Assembly (NCBI GenBank): GCA_951406725.2
Contig: OX597816.1
Span: forward strand, 161,510,001-161,574,000
DNA length: 64,000 nt
From: Octopus vulgaris
Taxonomy: Eukaryota
Direction of reading: 5' to 3'
A program made the position numbers and the translations under genes. Position 1 is the first letter of the stretch, and every line of letters begins with the position of its first letter. Shown here piece after piece: positions 25,365 through 38,160 of this stretch. Below the pieces are notes generated by a model. The model had not been told where the DNA came from and did not search any database. It saw only the letters and a program-made list of their open reading frames with translations.

Positions 25365-26245
25365 TTATCTCTTGTTTCAGTCATTAGACTGCGGCTATGC
25401 TGGGGCAATTCCTTGGTGAATTAATCTACCTCAGTACTTACCGATTTTTTTTTTGCCAATCGTGCTACTTATCCTATTGGTCTATTTGGAAAGACTTCCG
25501 CCCGTCTCCCGCCCCATTTTCTCTCAAATTTGTTTATTTTTGTAATTTTTTTGCCAAAAGTCCCCGTTTTCGGATACGGAGGTTCGGAAAAATTGCCAAA
25601 AATCAGCATTGTGAAATCTCCCCCCACCTCCCCAACCTCTTCAATTTTGAATCTTCCCCCCAACACTAACCCTAAAACCGTAATCCTTAACCCTAACCGT
25701 AAAACCTTAATCGTAAATACAAATATTTTGAAATTTTTGTCCGAATCATGATGTCCGTATTTTTCCGCATATTTTGAAAAAGAAAAAAAAAATTGTGAAA
25801 AAATGAAGGAAATGGGAGGGAGTGAGTAATTTAGAAATGTCGATCTTTGCCAATTCCTATTCCCTGTGGCCGAAAAGAATGGGGGTGAGATAACCAATAA
25901 GTCCTTAGTAATATTCTGATCCACAGCAATTCACCGACTAGTAAACTTCATCCAAAGCTATTCACCGATCTAACAATTTGTGTCGAAAAAAAAATTTTTA
26001 AGGGTGGTTTTGGGGGGACGGGACGGGCGGAAGTCTTGCCGTCTATTTTGCCAAACCGCTAAGTTACGGGGACACTCACACACATTCATATGCGTTGGGC
26101 TTCTTTCAGTTTCCATCTACCAAATCCCCTTACAAGGCCTGATGCTTTAGTAGAAGACTCCTGCCCAAGGTGCCTCGCAGTGGGACTGAACCCAGAGCCA
26201 TGTGGTTGGGAAGCAACCTTCTTCCCACTGTCACGCCTGCGCCTA
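25365..26245 (-). mobile_element. SINE family B interrupted by a DNA transposon
   Basis: The 3' part (25365-25487) and the rest (26041-26245) join into one copy once the insert is removed. Confidence 0.85.
25488..26040. mobile_element. Merlin-like MITE (GG..CC termini, 8-bp TSD)
   Basis: TIRs ggaaagacttccgcccgtc / gacgggcggaagtcttgcc. TSD gtctattt at 25480-25487 and 26041-26048. Internal ccctaa motifs. Confidence 0.85.
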
Positions 26246-26329
26246 TAAGTGACGGCATTAGTAGGATGTTTGTGGTTTACTAATTTGTTCCAGTTGCCTT
26301 CACATTTGGTATTTGGATTAAGTTTTATA

Positions 26330-26790
26330 TACTAATTGTAAATCCTATAAATCCGTAATCAAAAAGTTATTAGCCTTTAAAATTTGCAAAATTTGGATAT
26401 TTTAGCCAATCAGAAGCGAGTATTTTACATATCCCCGTGACGAAAATTTCTATCTCCAAAGTAACCAAAGATGCACCACGCGTTGCGTAGCTGATTGTGT
26501 AGAACTGTTTCTATAGTAACCAAAGATGCTGCGCATGTGCACAAGGAGGTGGAGATACGACGAAGAATTTATTATATAAAATCCTAGTTTAATGTTTTGA
26601 CATGCCCGTGCCCCATCCCTCCGATAATGGAAGAAGCAGCGAAGGTGCTATTTTCTGATTGGTTAAAATGATTGATGGAAAATGATCAAGCTTTAAATAC
26701 CTGTAACATTTTTGCCAAATTTTCTAGAATAAATGAATAACAAATTCGGATTCAGCGTCAAAAATTACATCTATACGATATATTTAGAAC
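26330..26790. mobile_element. Old inverted-repeat MITE with CCAAT-containing arms
   Basis: ttttagccaatcagaa (~26400) pairs with ttctgattggttaaaa (~26653); internal duplicated gtaaccaaagatgc. The ends are decayed. Confidence 0.5.
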
Positions 26791-26875
26791 TCATTTTAAA
26801 GATAATTGTAAACAGTGACGAAATATACAAAGATCCCATTAGTAAAATATATCAGTGTTGTGAAGAGCAAGTGTG

Positions 26876-27287
26876 GGATCTTTTCGGTTTGAACGGCAGT
26901 TTTTAAAAATAATTTCCACGTAACTAAATACTTTTAAACTTCGTATACTGGTAGAATGTGTTTATAAAACATCTTTTTCTCTTGGCTTTATTGAGAAAAT
27001 TCTATAGTTTGTAAGATATTTGTTTTTTTTTCTTCAATTTCTGCAATTTCAACCAATCAATGACGTCTATTGAGTTTGAAAAAATTATATGCCGTATGAA
27101 TATGTCCCTCGTTTAAGAAACAGATTGGGTTTATTTACATTTCTGAAGAAAAAAAAAGATACCCTTCCCCCTAACCCTAAACCTAAAACAGATTGAAATG
27201 CAATAGATCGATTCTAGGGTCATAATTATGGGTGACAATTTCATATGACACCGCTAGAAAAAACTGCCGTTCAAACCGAAAAGATCC
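26876..27287. mobile_element. Merlin-like MITE, young
   Basis: Perfect ~29-bp TIR ggatcttttcggtttgaacggcagttttt. 8-bp flanks caagtgtg / aaagtgtg (7/8). Internal ccctaaccctaa. Confidence 0.9.
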
Positions 27288-28913
27288 AAAGTGTGTGAGA
27301 GCTGATGTTTGGTGGTGGAGGCCAGGGGGTACCTTGGAAGAAATGAGAAGTGCTTTAAATTAATCAAGTTGATGTTGTTATATGTTCTTTAAAGGGTGGT
27401 AGATTATCAGGATTGTTAGAGTATCGGTGTAACTTACTTTGTATTTGTCTCTAAATTTTGAGTTCAAATTCTGCTGAGTCCGATTTTGTCTTACCTTCGT
27501 TCGTCCGGCATCGATAAAATACAGTACTAGTCGATTGAACTGATTGTACATATCCCTTAAACTTGAGGCATTGTGCCTATGTGAGAGATCAAGATCGATA
27601 AAAAAGAAAAAAATAAGTACTAGTTGAATATTGGGTCGATATAACCAATTATTTTCTCCCCCGCCCCAATAAATCAAAACTACCTAATCAGTTTTACGTT
27701 ATATTTTAGTTATATTAATAATAATAATAAAAAATTCGTTTATCAATATTTTTTGATAATTTTAATAGTCTGTAACCATCCTACTTTTATCATTACAAAC
27801 ATAAAATTATTACTTACAACTTTTTGTGCCGATATAAAAAGAGAACTTTGCAGATAAGGTGGAGTCGTTTCTCATCTAAAGGAATATAACTCTCCTTCAT
27901 TAATGACAGACAGCATGGTGCCGGAATGAAAGACAGTTCCAATTTTATCGATATATATATATATATACATATATATGGTTTTAATCTGTTGAAGGAATTT
28001 AATTTTGACAGCTTTATGAAGCCGACCGGATGATGAAGGGAAAAAATAAAATAAAAAAAAAGAACTTTTGATATTTAAAATTTTACTGATAAAATAACTT
28101 TTTGTTTGATCTATCAAGGCTAGTTGAAATCATAACGTGGATTTGAATTAATCTTAGGGGTTTAAATATTTCTCTAAGCTTTCAAAGCAATACATACGTT
28201 CAAAGCGTCATACATAATTTTTCCAAATGTTTTAGGTCGTGCTTAACCACATGATGTTAGTAAAATATTTTCAATATTTACTCAAGATAGTAATTTTTTC
28301 AATATTTAAAGACTTATTTACATATCGGTTCAATACAACAGATAAGAATACTTTATCGTATTTAATCATGTCATTCTGAGTTCAAATAAGGCTGTAGCCA
28401 ACTTTGCATAATTTAAAATTTGGGGGGGGGGGGCACTCTGTTTCCAATAAATAATTTAAATGTGAATTTGTGCGTATGTTAGAAATAATTCTTTAGTCGG
28501 AGCTGGACAGTGTCCTTCGCATTTCCGAGTCTTCGCTAGTGAAACCGAAGTGGTTGAATTGCAGAGGGTGACAATTCGAGTATGAAAAGATTGAACAGAG
28601 TTTTTTTTTGCTAGGAATTGATGATGATGAAGTGCGGGGGGTAAACGTGTTGTATTTGCAACATTTATTATCTGCAAATTAATTTTATGGACAAATTAAA
28701 GAGAACTCTCAGGTAGAATTAATGTATTGGTTGATTGAATAAGCTGCCTGTTGAAACTTAAAAGGCCCACTTAAAACGAATTTTGTAATAAATTTGGGTC
28801 TAGTTTTAGCATTGGGTCTCTTCACCAGTAAGGGACCTTTTGTTATACTTAAGCCCATTTTAAAATAATAATCGTAATTTAACAGCTAATGTATTATTGT
28901 ATATATTTGTTCA

Positions 28914-29120
28914 TCATCATTTAACGTCCGTTTTCCATGCTGGCATTTGTTGGACTGTTTGACCGGAGCTGGCAAGCCGAAGAACTGCACCAGGCTCCAT
29001 TTGTCTATTTTGGCATAACTTCTACGACTGGATGCCTTTCCTAATGCCAATCACTTTACAGGGCGTACTGGATACTTTTATGTGGCCCCCAACACAGGTG
29101 CTTTTTATGCGGTATTGCAC
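28914..29120 (-). mobile_element. SINE family C ((GAT)n-tailed)
   Basis: catcatcatttaacgtccgttttccatgctggcat...ggatgcctttcctaatgccaa. Homologues at 41985-42265, 46533-47000, 60240-60575 and 63540-63825. Confidence 0.85.
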
Positions 29121-29624
29121 AGTTACAAAATAGTATTAGCTAAGTGGAATAACACAAATGGGAAATGGTATGAGTTTCGATGAGCTAAAGGCTGATGTAT
29201 TGAATACCATGGGCAAAGGAAGAATTGGCAAGTAACTGTACCTTCCTCTTTTGTTGGAAGAAACAAAAATAAATATCTAGCGGTATTTGATGACTTACAA
29301 AATTAATTTACATGCTGAGGTGAAAATCTGAACTTAGCAGGCAAAGGGGATAACTACGGACGTAGTTGTAAGTTACTTTACGTCACACTTACACCGTTTC
29401 GTGCCCGAATGTCATCCTCAGGCGTGGGAGGTGGCTGTTCGGTAGTAGTTTTTCTTCGACCAACTAACCTTATCAGTTGTTGTATCGATATTTTAATCCT
29501 TTCAAGATTGGAATTTGTTTGGAAAGAACCAATACGAATAGAGTTCTAAATATTTAGAGTGATTTTCATCGTACGGTGTTTATTTTCACGTACATTCTGT
29601 CTACTGACTCCAGTGATGCCAAAC

Positions 29625-29895
29625 ATGTTTGGCCTCACAGGTACCCGTAGGCAGAAGGCCATCAAGTTGGCTGTGGAAACAGCAGAGGGTACCTCAAAGT
29701 AGATCAGGAAGTGTGATCCCCAGAAGAGATAGTGCTACTAAGTGTATTACTAACTGGAAACAAACTGGGACTTAATCAACCTTGGCTGGGTCACCTAGGT
29801 GAGCGTGTCTGGTTCTTAAAGGACCAGAAATACCCACTGACTGCAGGAAACATCATCGATGATGTACGCATGCGCATCACAAAGTGATGTATGGA
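29625..29895 (+). pseudogene. Hero/R2-clade (RLE) non-LTR retrotransposon 3' end
   Basis: The frame reads FGLTGTRRQKAIKLAVETAEGTSK*IRK, close to the Hero C-terminus as recalled (LGxTG..RRKAIK...AAE..SxWxW). The following atcaaccttggctgggtcacctaggtgagcgtgtc...gatgatgt resembles Hero 3' UTRs. Recognised from memory. Confidence 0.7.
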
Positions 29896-31662
29896 AAAGT
29901 TATTCAACGTCAAGCGAAATACGTTAAACTGCTAGTTTGCAAATTCCAAACTCTGTTGCAGCAACCGAGTTTTTTTTTATTTTCTTTTTGTTGGGTTTTT
30001 TTCTTCTTCAGTAAATAACAGGTGTTTTACGATGTAATAAAAATAACGAACGATGCTAGTTAATATCTAATATCTATTGATGGCGGCATATTCATATAAA
30101 GTTTATGCGTTAATTCCACAGCCCGCATGCTGACAGGTTTGTTGTTTTGTCTCTTTGTAAATTAGCTATATACAGTTGTTGCGGCCTCCAGTGGGATATT
30201 TACAGTTGGATACACAAAGAATGACTTATATCGTTGTAACCAACCACTAATTTATCATCCTTTCCCTCTTTAATAGAACCCTCCGGCAAATCTATTACTT
30301 AGACTGAAGAGTGGGCGGGCATACGTCAAAGTAAACACAAATGCGTTAGTTACGCTCAATTTGCACATCATTGCTGTTAAAACAAAACGATTGTCTCTCA
30401 AGTGTTTCTGTGCAAATAATTGGGAGGATATAATTCCTGGCCGCGAAAGTCAAACGTTTTGGTTTTATTGCTGCTGTCGTTTGAAACATGGACATGCTCC
30501 GTTACTTATGCGCATCAATAAGCATTAAACTGCACATTGATAACATTGAAAGTATCAAGATCATGTTGAAATATTTTTTACGTTGATCTTAAACCCCAAA
30601 TGCAAATCCTTAATCCGTTACTAATCTGCTCTGTCTTTTCAATGATTCGCGGAAATTGTTTTATTTTATGGTTGTATATTAATGACTACCAAAACTGGAA
30701 GCGTATGATTAAAAACTACCGCCTTATCAGTTATGTCTATATTTTTATAACTTTCAAGATTAGAAATTCAATTTTGAAAGAACCACAAGAAATGGAGAGT
30801 TCTAAATATTTATAGTGATTTTACTATAAAAAACAACATCAAAGGTATCTAATAATTTTACCTTCTTTGGAGTCGATAGTCTCTGTCTCTTTGGAGAGAC
30901 AGATTGATAGATAGATAGATAGAGAGAGAGAGATTCAATAATAGCTTGCAAGAAATAAGAAGATTTAAGTGAGATTAGTCGTTCGTTTCAGGAAATTGTT
31001 CAAGGTTAATAAAGTAACTCAAAAGATGCATGATTAAACAGACACTTCAAAAGATGGAGACGATTTACACAACACTCAACACAGTGTAGTGGCTGGGGAA
31101 GAACGTTGAGGGTGCGGGGTTTGCAACCATTGATTGATATGAGGAAAAGTAAAATTGGCTTTAAACTGAAAATTTCGCTTTGGTTTTCTGTTGTACAGCA
31201 ACTCTATTACCAATGCGGACACTTGGTAGACTTTGATTTGTCTCTCCATTAACCTTCGTGTTTGTTATTGTCACTATAGACACAGTTGTTATACTTCGTT
31301 CTACGTAGATGGACTAAAGCTGTTAGTACCGAAGTAGATCGAGTTGGTGATACGAAATGAATGAAATCGGTAATAAATAAAATGTTTATATGAATTTAAA
31401 GCCACAACTATTCTCGAATGGAAAGAACTGTGGTTTAATTTTCAATATTAACGTCGTCTTTTCTATCGTTTTAGGATTGTATGTTGGCAAAAACTACTAG
31501 AAACAGATGCTAAAGTCTAAATAAGTCACGTAGATCTCTGCTCTTCCAAAGCATTTGAACCATTTATGTTGGCATTCTGCTACTCTACGCTGCCAATCAG
31601 CATCTGATAGTACCTTAATCATTTTCTCGGTATATTGTTAATTTAGTAAACGAAGTGGTGGG

Positions 31663-32215
31663 TGGAAAATTCACCGAGAGCAATTCGTCCGTGGCAATTC
31701 ATCGACCAAACAATTCGAATAGTAATCGATACTTTTTCGTTATCTCACCCCCATTAAAAGATTGCCATTAAAAAAATCTCCCCACTAAAAAATTGAGTTT
31801 ATGGGGCGACAAGAGATGGAATTAAAAGGGTTTAGATCCTTCTGATTCAGTACTTCAACGCATTGTTAATTTTTGGCCCTTTCAATAGGCATGGTATGAT
31901 TTGTTAGAAAAATGTTATTAGATTCAATAAGATGTTTAATTTTTTCAGTTTTCATGTTTATTAATTTTTTTCATTTTTGTTTGTTTTATTGAGGGATAAA
32001 CAATTTTTTTAGTTGGAGGAGATTACCAAAAGTACCGATATCTTTCATAAAACTAGGGGAGATAACCCAATATTTTAATGGGGGTGAGATAACCAATAAG
32101 TTCTTAGTAATATTCTGATCCACAGCAATTCACCAACTAGTAACTTCATCCATAGCTATTCACCGATCTAACAATTTACCAGCTTGTAAATTCATCCGCT
32201 AACAAATTCACCAGA
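31663..32215. mobile_element. Composite DNA element: aattcacc subterminal array with a nested fold-back (~31727-32100)
   Basis: gttatctcacccccattaaaa / ttttaatgggggtgagataac inverted arms inside repeated (c)aattca(c)cg motifs. Confidence 0.6.
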
Positions 32216-32774
32216 GATTATTAAACCTAATATACATAAAGCAATTTTGAAAAATTAAATTCTATAGTCGTTTGAACGTTGGAATTATTTAAAAAGTTCT
32301 TTAAAATATGGTGCTTTAAATTTTTGCAGTCAAAGAAGGTACCAACAAAAAAAAAAAAAAAAAACGTGTTAGTGTATCTCTCTCTCTCTCTCTCTCTTCC
32401 TTCCTTTCTTTTTTTTTTTTTGTTTAAAGAAAATTAACCCCTATACATGGTGCATTGGCAATGTTAGGAATATCAAAAGACTTAAGTGTTGCGCACGAGT
32501 GAGTGTTGTTGGAGACATTACAGAGAGTCAATCAGGTGAGCAGAATCCTACTGCCGAGTGCAGCGAGTGTTGAAGCATCAAAATTTTGGTAGAAAATTGC
32601 TATGAAAAAAGTAAAAAGAAATACAACTGAATCTGTTTCCATATTGTCTAATTCTTTTGTTTGTTGTATGCGGTGAGGTAGCACATGGGAAACTTGCAAA
32701 CATGGATTGCATGTAAAGAACAATGAAAGATATAAGATTTTAATAAAGAACAAAGACCCGTCTTCCCACCGCAT

Positions 32775-33140
32775 CTCTTACATGTTTCAGTCATTAGATT
32801 AGGTCCATGCTGGGGCTCCGCCTTGAAGAGCCTTAGTTGAACGAATCGATCCCCGTACCTGTTTTTTTTATGGTACTTGTTCTATTGGTCTCTTTTACAG
32901 AACTGCTAGATTTACGGAGACGTAAACACACCAACACCGGTTGTCAAGCGGTGGTGGAACACACACACACACATGTATGTGTGACGGGCTTCTTTTAGTT
33001 TCTGTCTACCAAATCCACTCAATGCTTTGGTCGCTCGAGGTTATAGTAGAAGACACTTGCTCGAGGTGACACGCAACGGGACTGAACCCGGAGCCATGTG
33101 GTTGGAAGCAAACCTCTTTTACCACACAGTCACGCATGAG
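32775..33140 (-). mobile_element. SINE family B, full length
   Basis: Colinear reverse complement of 14712-15100. Confidence 0.9.
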
Positions 33141-33239
33141 CATCAGTAAATAGTAATAAATAAAATTTCCGCAAGATTTTTTACAAAGTTCTCAAAACGA
33201 TGGAGAGATCTCATATCTTAATTTTGATTTTAAAAAAAT

Positions 33240-33550
33240 TGTTTCAAATTTTGGCACAAGGCCAGCAATTTAAGTGGTGGGGTGTTAGTCGATTAAATCG
33301 ACCCCAATATATGACTGGTAGCTTATTTTATCGACCCCCCACAAAGTTCGTCTTCGTTGGGATTTGAACTTACGAGGGACAGTCGATTACATTGACCCTA
33401 GTACTTAACTGGTACTTGATTTATCTACCCCGCAAGGATGAAAGATAAAGTCGACCTCAGCGGAATTTGAACTCGGAACGTAGCGGCGGACGAAATACAG
33501 CTAAGCATATCGGCCGGCGTGCTAACGATTCTGCCAGCATGCCGCCTTCA
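33240..33550 (-). mobile_element. SINE family A with a partial extra unit
   Basis: Reverse complement of the family A head and body; CpGs are retained. Confidence 0.85.
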
Positions 33551-36409
33551 CAACATTAAACGATATAATAAAAGGATATATATAATTAGAAATTAGAAAA
33601 ATAAATAATTGTTAAATAAAATTCCCAACAATGTGATGATCCACTTAGAATAATTCGGGGTAAACTCCACACAAAAAATACCGGGTTACTCTGCCATCGC
33701 CAAGGCGTGAGAAGTGCTATCTTCCAGGTTCTTTTCTCCTACTTAGAAACGCATACTCGGTGTAGATCTATTCATTCTCCAGACAAGTTTACACAGGCTT
33801 AGAAAACAGTTTTAGAAAATATCTAGGAGTTTGATACCACTTAAAGACATCTTTATAAGAATAGAATATAAAAAAGGCGATTGTTAAAGCTTGCAACGGA
33901 GATTTTACCCCTTCACAAACCCCCATAGACGTGGGAAATGAGGTCCGTCACATTTCTCATTTCATCTTGTGTGCTATGGGAATGTGAGATTTTAAGCGGA
34001 AGTCTGAAATGTATGTAGAAAATGCTTTGAAGTTTTCTTATACTCTTTGCACTAGCATTTGTGCTTGTCCAGGTACCCATAAAAGCATTTGAATATTTGT
34101 GTGATTGAGATTGATTTATAACTCATGAGATTCAGTTTATAATCCAGGATGCATAATTAGATAGGCCGTACTGATAGGCGGCTAGCGCGTGGACCACCTT
34201 CCCGCTTAAAGTGCGGATTGTGTGAGGCGACCTTGTTAGATTCATCTAAAACCAACAATTTTTTTGAAAATTGTGTTAGGTTTTCAAGAGCATCTAACAA
34301 CCCAAACATCCGGAAGCTAAAAGAATGCGTTAAACACGAGCAAATTTTGAAACTATACCAATAGTGATCGGTATAATATTGGCACAAGGCCAGTAATTTC
34401 GTAGGATGGTGTAAGTCAACTGGTACTTATTTTATCGACTGCGAAAAGCTGAAAGGTTAAGTCGACTTCTGAGGCATTTGAACTCAGGACGTAAAAGACG
34501 GATGAAGTGCCGCTAAGCATTTTGCCTGGTGTGCTAACAGTTCTGTCACCTCGCCACCTTAGTGATATAATCTTGCAAGTCAAGAGACGACAGTACCGTG
34601 ACTGCCGAAAGAATAAAAAGAAAATGCTTTGTTGTGAAGGCTGAGTCTAAAGAGTCTATCGGTCCATATTTAAGAGGCTTAATATTTTATTAGGAAAAAA
34701 AAAAGAAAAAGAAAAGACTTTTGAAGTTTTCATATTTAAAAAAAAAAAGTACTTTGTAAACATCGAGTATTTACTTGTTCTTTTATTTGTTAAAAAAAAA
34801 CAACTTTTATTGAAATTGTGATGTTGATTAATAATTCAACATCAGTGAATTATTTTAATGGGTCAACTGTTTGTTGGTGATAATTTTTTAATTGGTAAAT
34901 AGCTGTCGGTAAATTTCCCAGCAGCTGGATAAAAGAGCGCAACATATTTCAAAAGGTTTCTAAAAGCTTTTTAAATTTTGTTTGATATTACAAAGGATAT
35001 TTGTACACACTGATTTAAATTATATATATATGTGTGTGTGTGTGTATTCCGCCGAGTAGTATATCTATGGTTATGGCATATATCTAGTTAGAATGTTACC
35101 GTCGGTTTCACACCGACAATTGTATTTGGTACTTGACAATATTGATGACTCCATAACCAGTAATGTACTGCACAATGATACAAAACTACAACTGCACTAT
35201 TTCTCTCATCAAGTATACAGAGACAACTACCAATGTTCCATGTGTCGACTCGAAACCAATGGTAGCCTTGTTAACTCACGAATAAAGTGTATGTGTTTGT
35301 GCGTGTGTTTGTGAGGAAACGTCTAACATTTTCTTTGTTTTATATCATTCGAACAGTTTTTTTTTTTATATTCCAACTTAATATTCCAAGTGATGGCTGA
35401 AACCACAGAATTACTTATTTGTGAACGCACACTTCAACCCCGACATTTATATTTGATTATTTAATGAAGGAAACATTTTCTTTAAATCATTGCTGGCTAT
35501 CTACACAGGATATTATCTTTTTGATAACTTTACAGGATGTTATCTATAAATGAAAATACTGTTTCCAAATTTCATACTAATGTTATTCTCTGCTCAGATA
35601 AACATCTTATTTCCGCTGTCAATCCATATAACATTTGCTACATAAATAACGCGAATGTCTTGATAGACAAATAACTTCTATAATAAATAATAATACAAAT
35701 AGAGCTTCCTTAGGGTTGCTAAGTTAATCACTTGTCGATTGTCCAAAGAAAAAAAAAAGAAAAGAAACCCACCTGGTTTCATACAAAATAACAACAAAGG
35801 TTTCACTGTATCTTAAAAAGTTGTTTTCTAGTCCTTGCTCTCCTATAATAAGATCTTTTGTATTTAGTGACATTTTGCGAATAAATCTGCTTTTTTTTTT
35901 TTCGATTTTAATACTGACACCAAGGGCGAGCATTATTATGTGTCTCTTAGTAAAATCAGGTTCTTTGACTCAATGGATTAAAACATGTTAACGCAAATTT
36001 AACGATTAACAGAACAAATTTAGAACAGCAGGGCTCTATTATTTTACAAGATAATCAAAACCATACATACATACACTTAGATTAATAAAAATCTTTTCAG
36101 CAATTTTAAGGTAAAGGGTAAGTCGATTATATGCACGCTAGAGCTCGACTGGTATTTATTTTTTTTATCGATCCGAATTTGCAGAATTTGAACGTGGAAC
36201 GCAAAGCCTGAAGAAATGTCTGTAAGCGCTTTCAGGCATGCTAACGAGTCTGCCAGCACGCCACCATATTTTACCGTTTACACACGCACGTACGTACGCA
36301 GTCGTGCGCGCACACATACATTCTCTTTCACGTGTTTCAGCCCCAAGACAGTGGCCATTCTCTCATAATTGGTTTTTGGTAGATGTGGGAGTTTGATATT
36401 ATTACCCTA

Positions 36410-36650
36410 TTTTCAGTTTCTTGTCATGGTGTAGGTTCATCTGGGATCTTGGACAGCATAAAATCAAGTTACTTCATGAAAACATCTACCCCACTTCCAT
36501 GTAGATCTTTCAGGTTTTTTGGCAAGATACTAAAATAACTGGGGAACTTTAGAATCCTACGCTATTGCACTACATGGTCCTTACTCTAGATGGGATGGGT
36601 GGGACCTTTGGAACGGTTCGGTGATTTTTGTCTGGGGGCCGGTAGAACTC
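36410..36650 (-). pseudogene. CR1/L2-type LINE ORF2 C-terminal relic
   Basis: Minus strand reads approximately VPKVPPIPSRVRTM*CNSVGF..PQLFSILPKNLKDLHGSGVDVFMK*LDFMLSKIPDEPTP, with stops and a frameshift. Confidence 0.75.
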
Positions 36651-36878
36651 TCCAGCCTCTCTACGACCTTCAACATGTATATCACTGCATATTTCCCCCA
36701 TTTTCACTCCAAGAAGTAGAGTCGCAATCTCAGTAACCCAGCTGTTCCATTGGTGCACTCTTCTCTAGGTGTTGCACCACTGAACTGCCTCAAAGTTCCG
36801 CTATTAATTTAACACCGTGAAGTTACCACAGCTGAGAGCAGTGGTTCACACGGCTGAGGAGAAATGTCCACCAAAGGA

Positions 36879-36909
<31 letters not shown>

Positions 36910-37004
36910 TTGAGTTAAATTTTCCTGATTGTATCGTCAAAACTCTGTGTGTTTGTGTGTATTTCGTTAACTGGAATTCCGCTATTAATTTAATACCGTT
37001 AAAT

Positions 37005-37092
37005 TAATTTTGATTTGAAGATCAGAGCCACGGCGAATCCAAGGCTTTTAAGCTTTGGTTTCGCCGTGGCTCTGATCTTGAAATCAAAATTA
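37005..37092. repeat. Near-perfect 88-bp palindrome
   Basis: taattttgatttgaagatcagagccacggcgaa..ttcgccgtggctctgatcttgaaatcaaaatta. Confidence 0.9.
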
Positions 37093-37739
37093 AATCACAG
37101 AATCAACTAATTAGTTCTTCGTTAATTCTTTCCGGATTAATAACCATTCTTAAGAAAAACTCATATCAATTCATTGTTTTGTTTGTTTGTTTTGTAACAA
37201 AAAAACCCTACATTCTCTCTCTTTCACACACACAGGTATAAACTCTTCCTTCAAAACTGACTTGTAGTAAAAAATTATCTTTCTTTTTATTTTAGTTATT
37301 TATCTGTTTAGTTATTTACTTCCGTAATTTGGAATTTCAGCAACTTTTGTTCTGCTTTTCTACTTTACAGAAGAACTGTTTTGTTCCAATTCTTGCTTAT
37401 ATTGTCACAGCTGCAAAGAATCTCTTCTATCTCCCCGTACAAGAAAAAAGAAAAAAAATAGAAAGCGAAGAAAAAGCCCTAATATCAGAGCTGTTCAATT
37501 AATTTCCCATTGGACGTGAAATTTATAAGAACTCCAATGAAAGAAAACATTAAATTCTTCTCCGTTTCTTCCACTACCTCCTCCTCAATGACCCCTATCA
37601 AAACGGAAAAAGAAAGAAGCGATATTTCATTCAATCTTCCTCACCCTGTCTCGTCTATTTATCACTTTTTTTTTTTTTTTGTGTTTTTTTTTTATTTGTA
37701 TTCATATTTATGTATGTGTTTTTGTTATTGGGTCAAGTA

Positions 37740-38160
37740 TTGAACTTCTCGCCGGAAGTGACTGCCCAATATGAATTCAAACTTGCCAACTGTCGTCGTC
37801 GGTAGCGCCAGGCTAGGAAGGGAATAATGAACAACATGTGTCCGTCCTGTCTACTTGATAGGAAAAGGGAACAAAATAGCTCCACTGTGTTTACGCATTT
37901 TAACATTGTAATCGCTGGCTCTCCTTTAAAGCGAAAATAAAGCTTCTTTCATACAATATGACAACCATGTGAAAAAATACCAGAGAATACCAAGTACATA
38001 TTTGAGATAACAATCGGCAGTTTGAAGCTCTCTCTCTCTCTCTCTCGCACACACATATACACGTCATTCAGAAATATGTAGTAAAGATAGAGAGAGAAGT
38101 GTAACGACCTAGTGAAGAAGGTACTTGAGTTTTAGGTTCACGTGACCTGAGTTTCTATTC
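37740..38160. promoter_or_regulatory. Candidate housekeeping-type promoter island
   Basis: ETS consensus gCCGGAAGTg at 37751 and USF/TFE-type TCACGTGAC at 38138, in TE-free CpG-containing DNA just upstream of the CpG-depleted domain. Confidence 0.4.

Noticed and set aside
25665-25700. Interstitial telomere
   Set aside because: Only a few degenerate CCCTAA units, internal to a MITE.
25469-25924. 151-aa ORF inside the MITE as a transposase
   Set aside because: No DDE motifs; low-complexity translation of a non-autonomous element.
33840-33915. Tc1 transposase tail (KAIVKACNGDFTP)
   Set aside because: Too short and degenerate, and no TIR was found.
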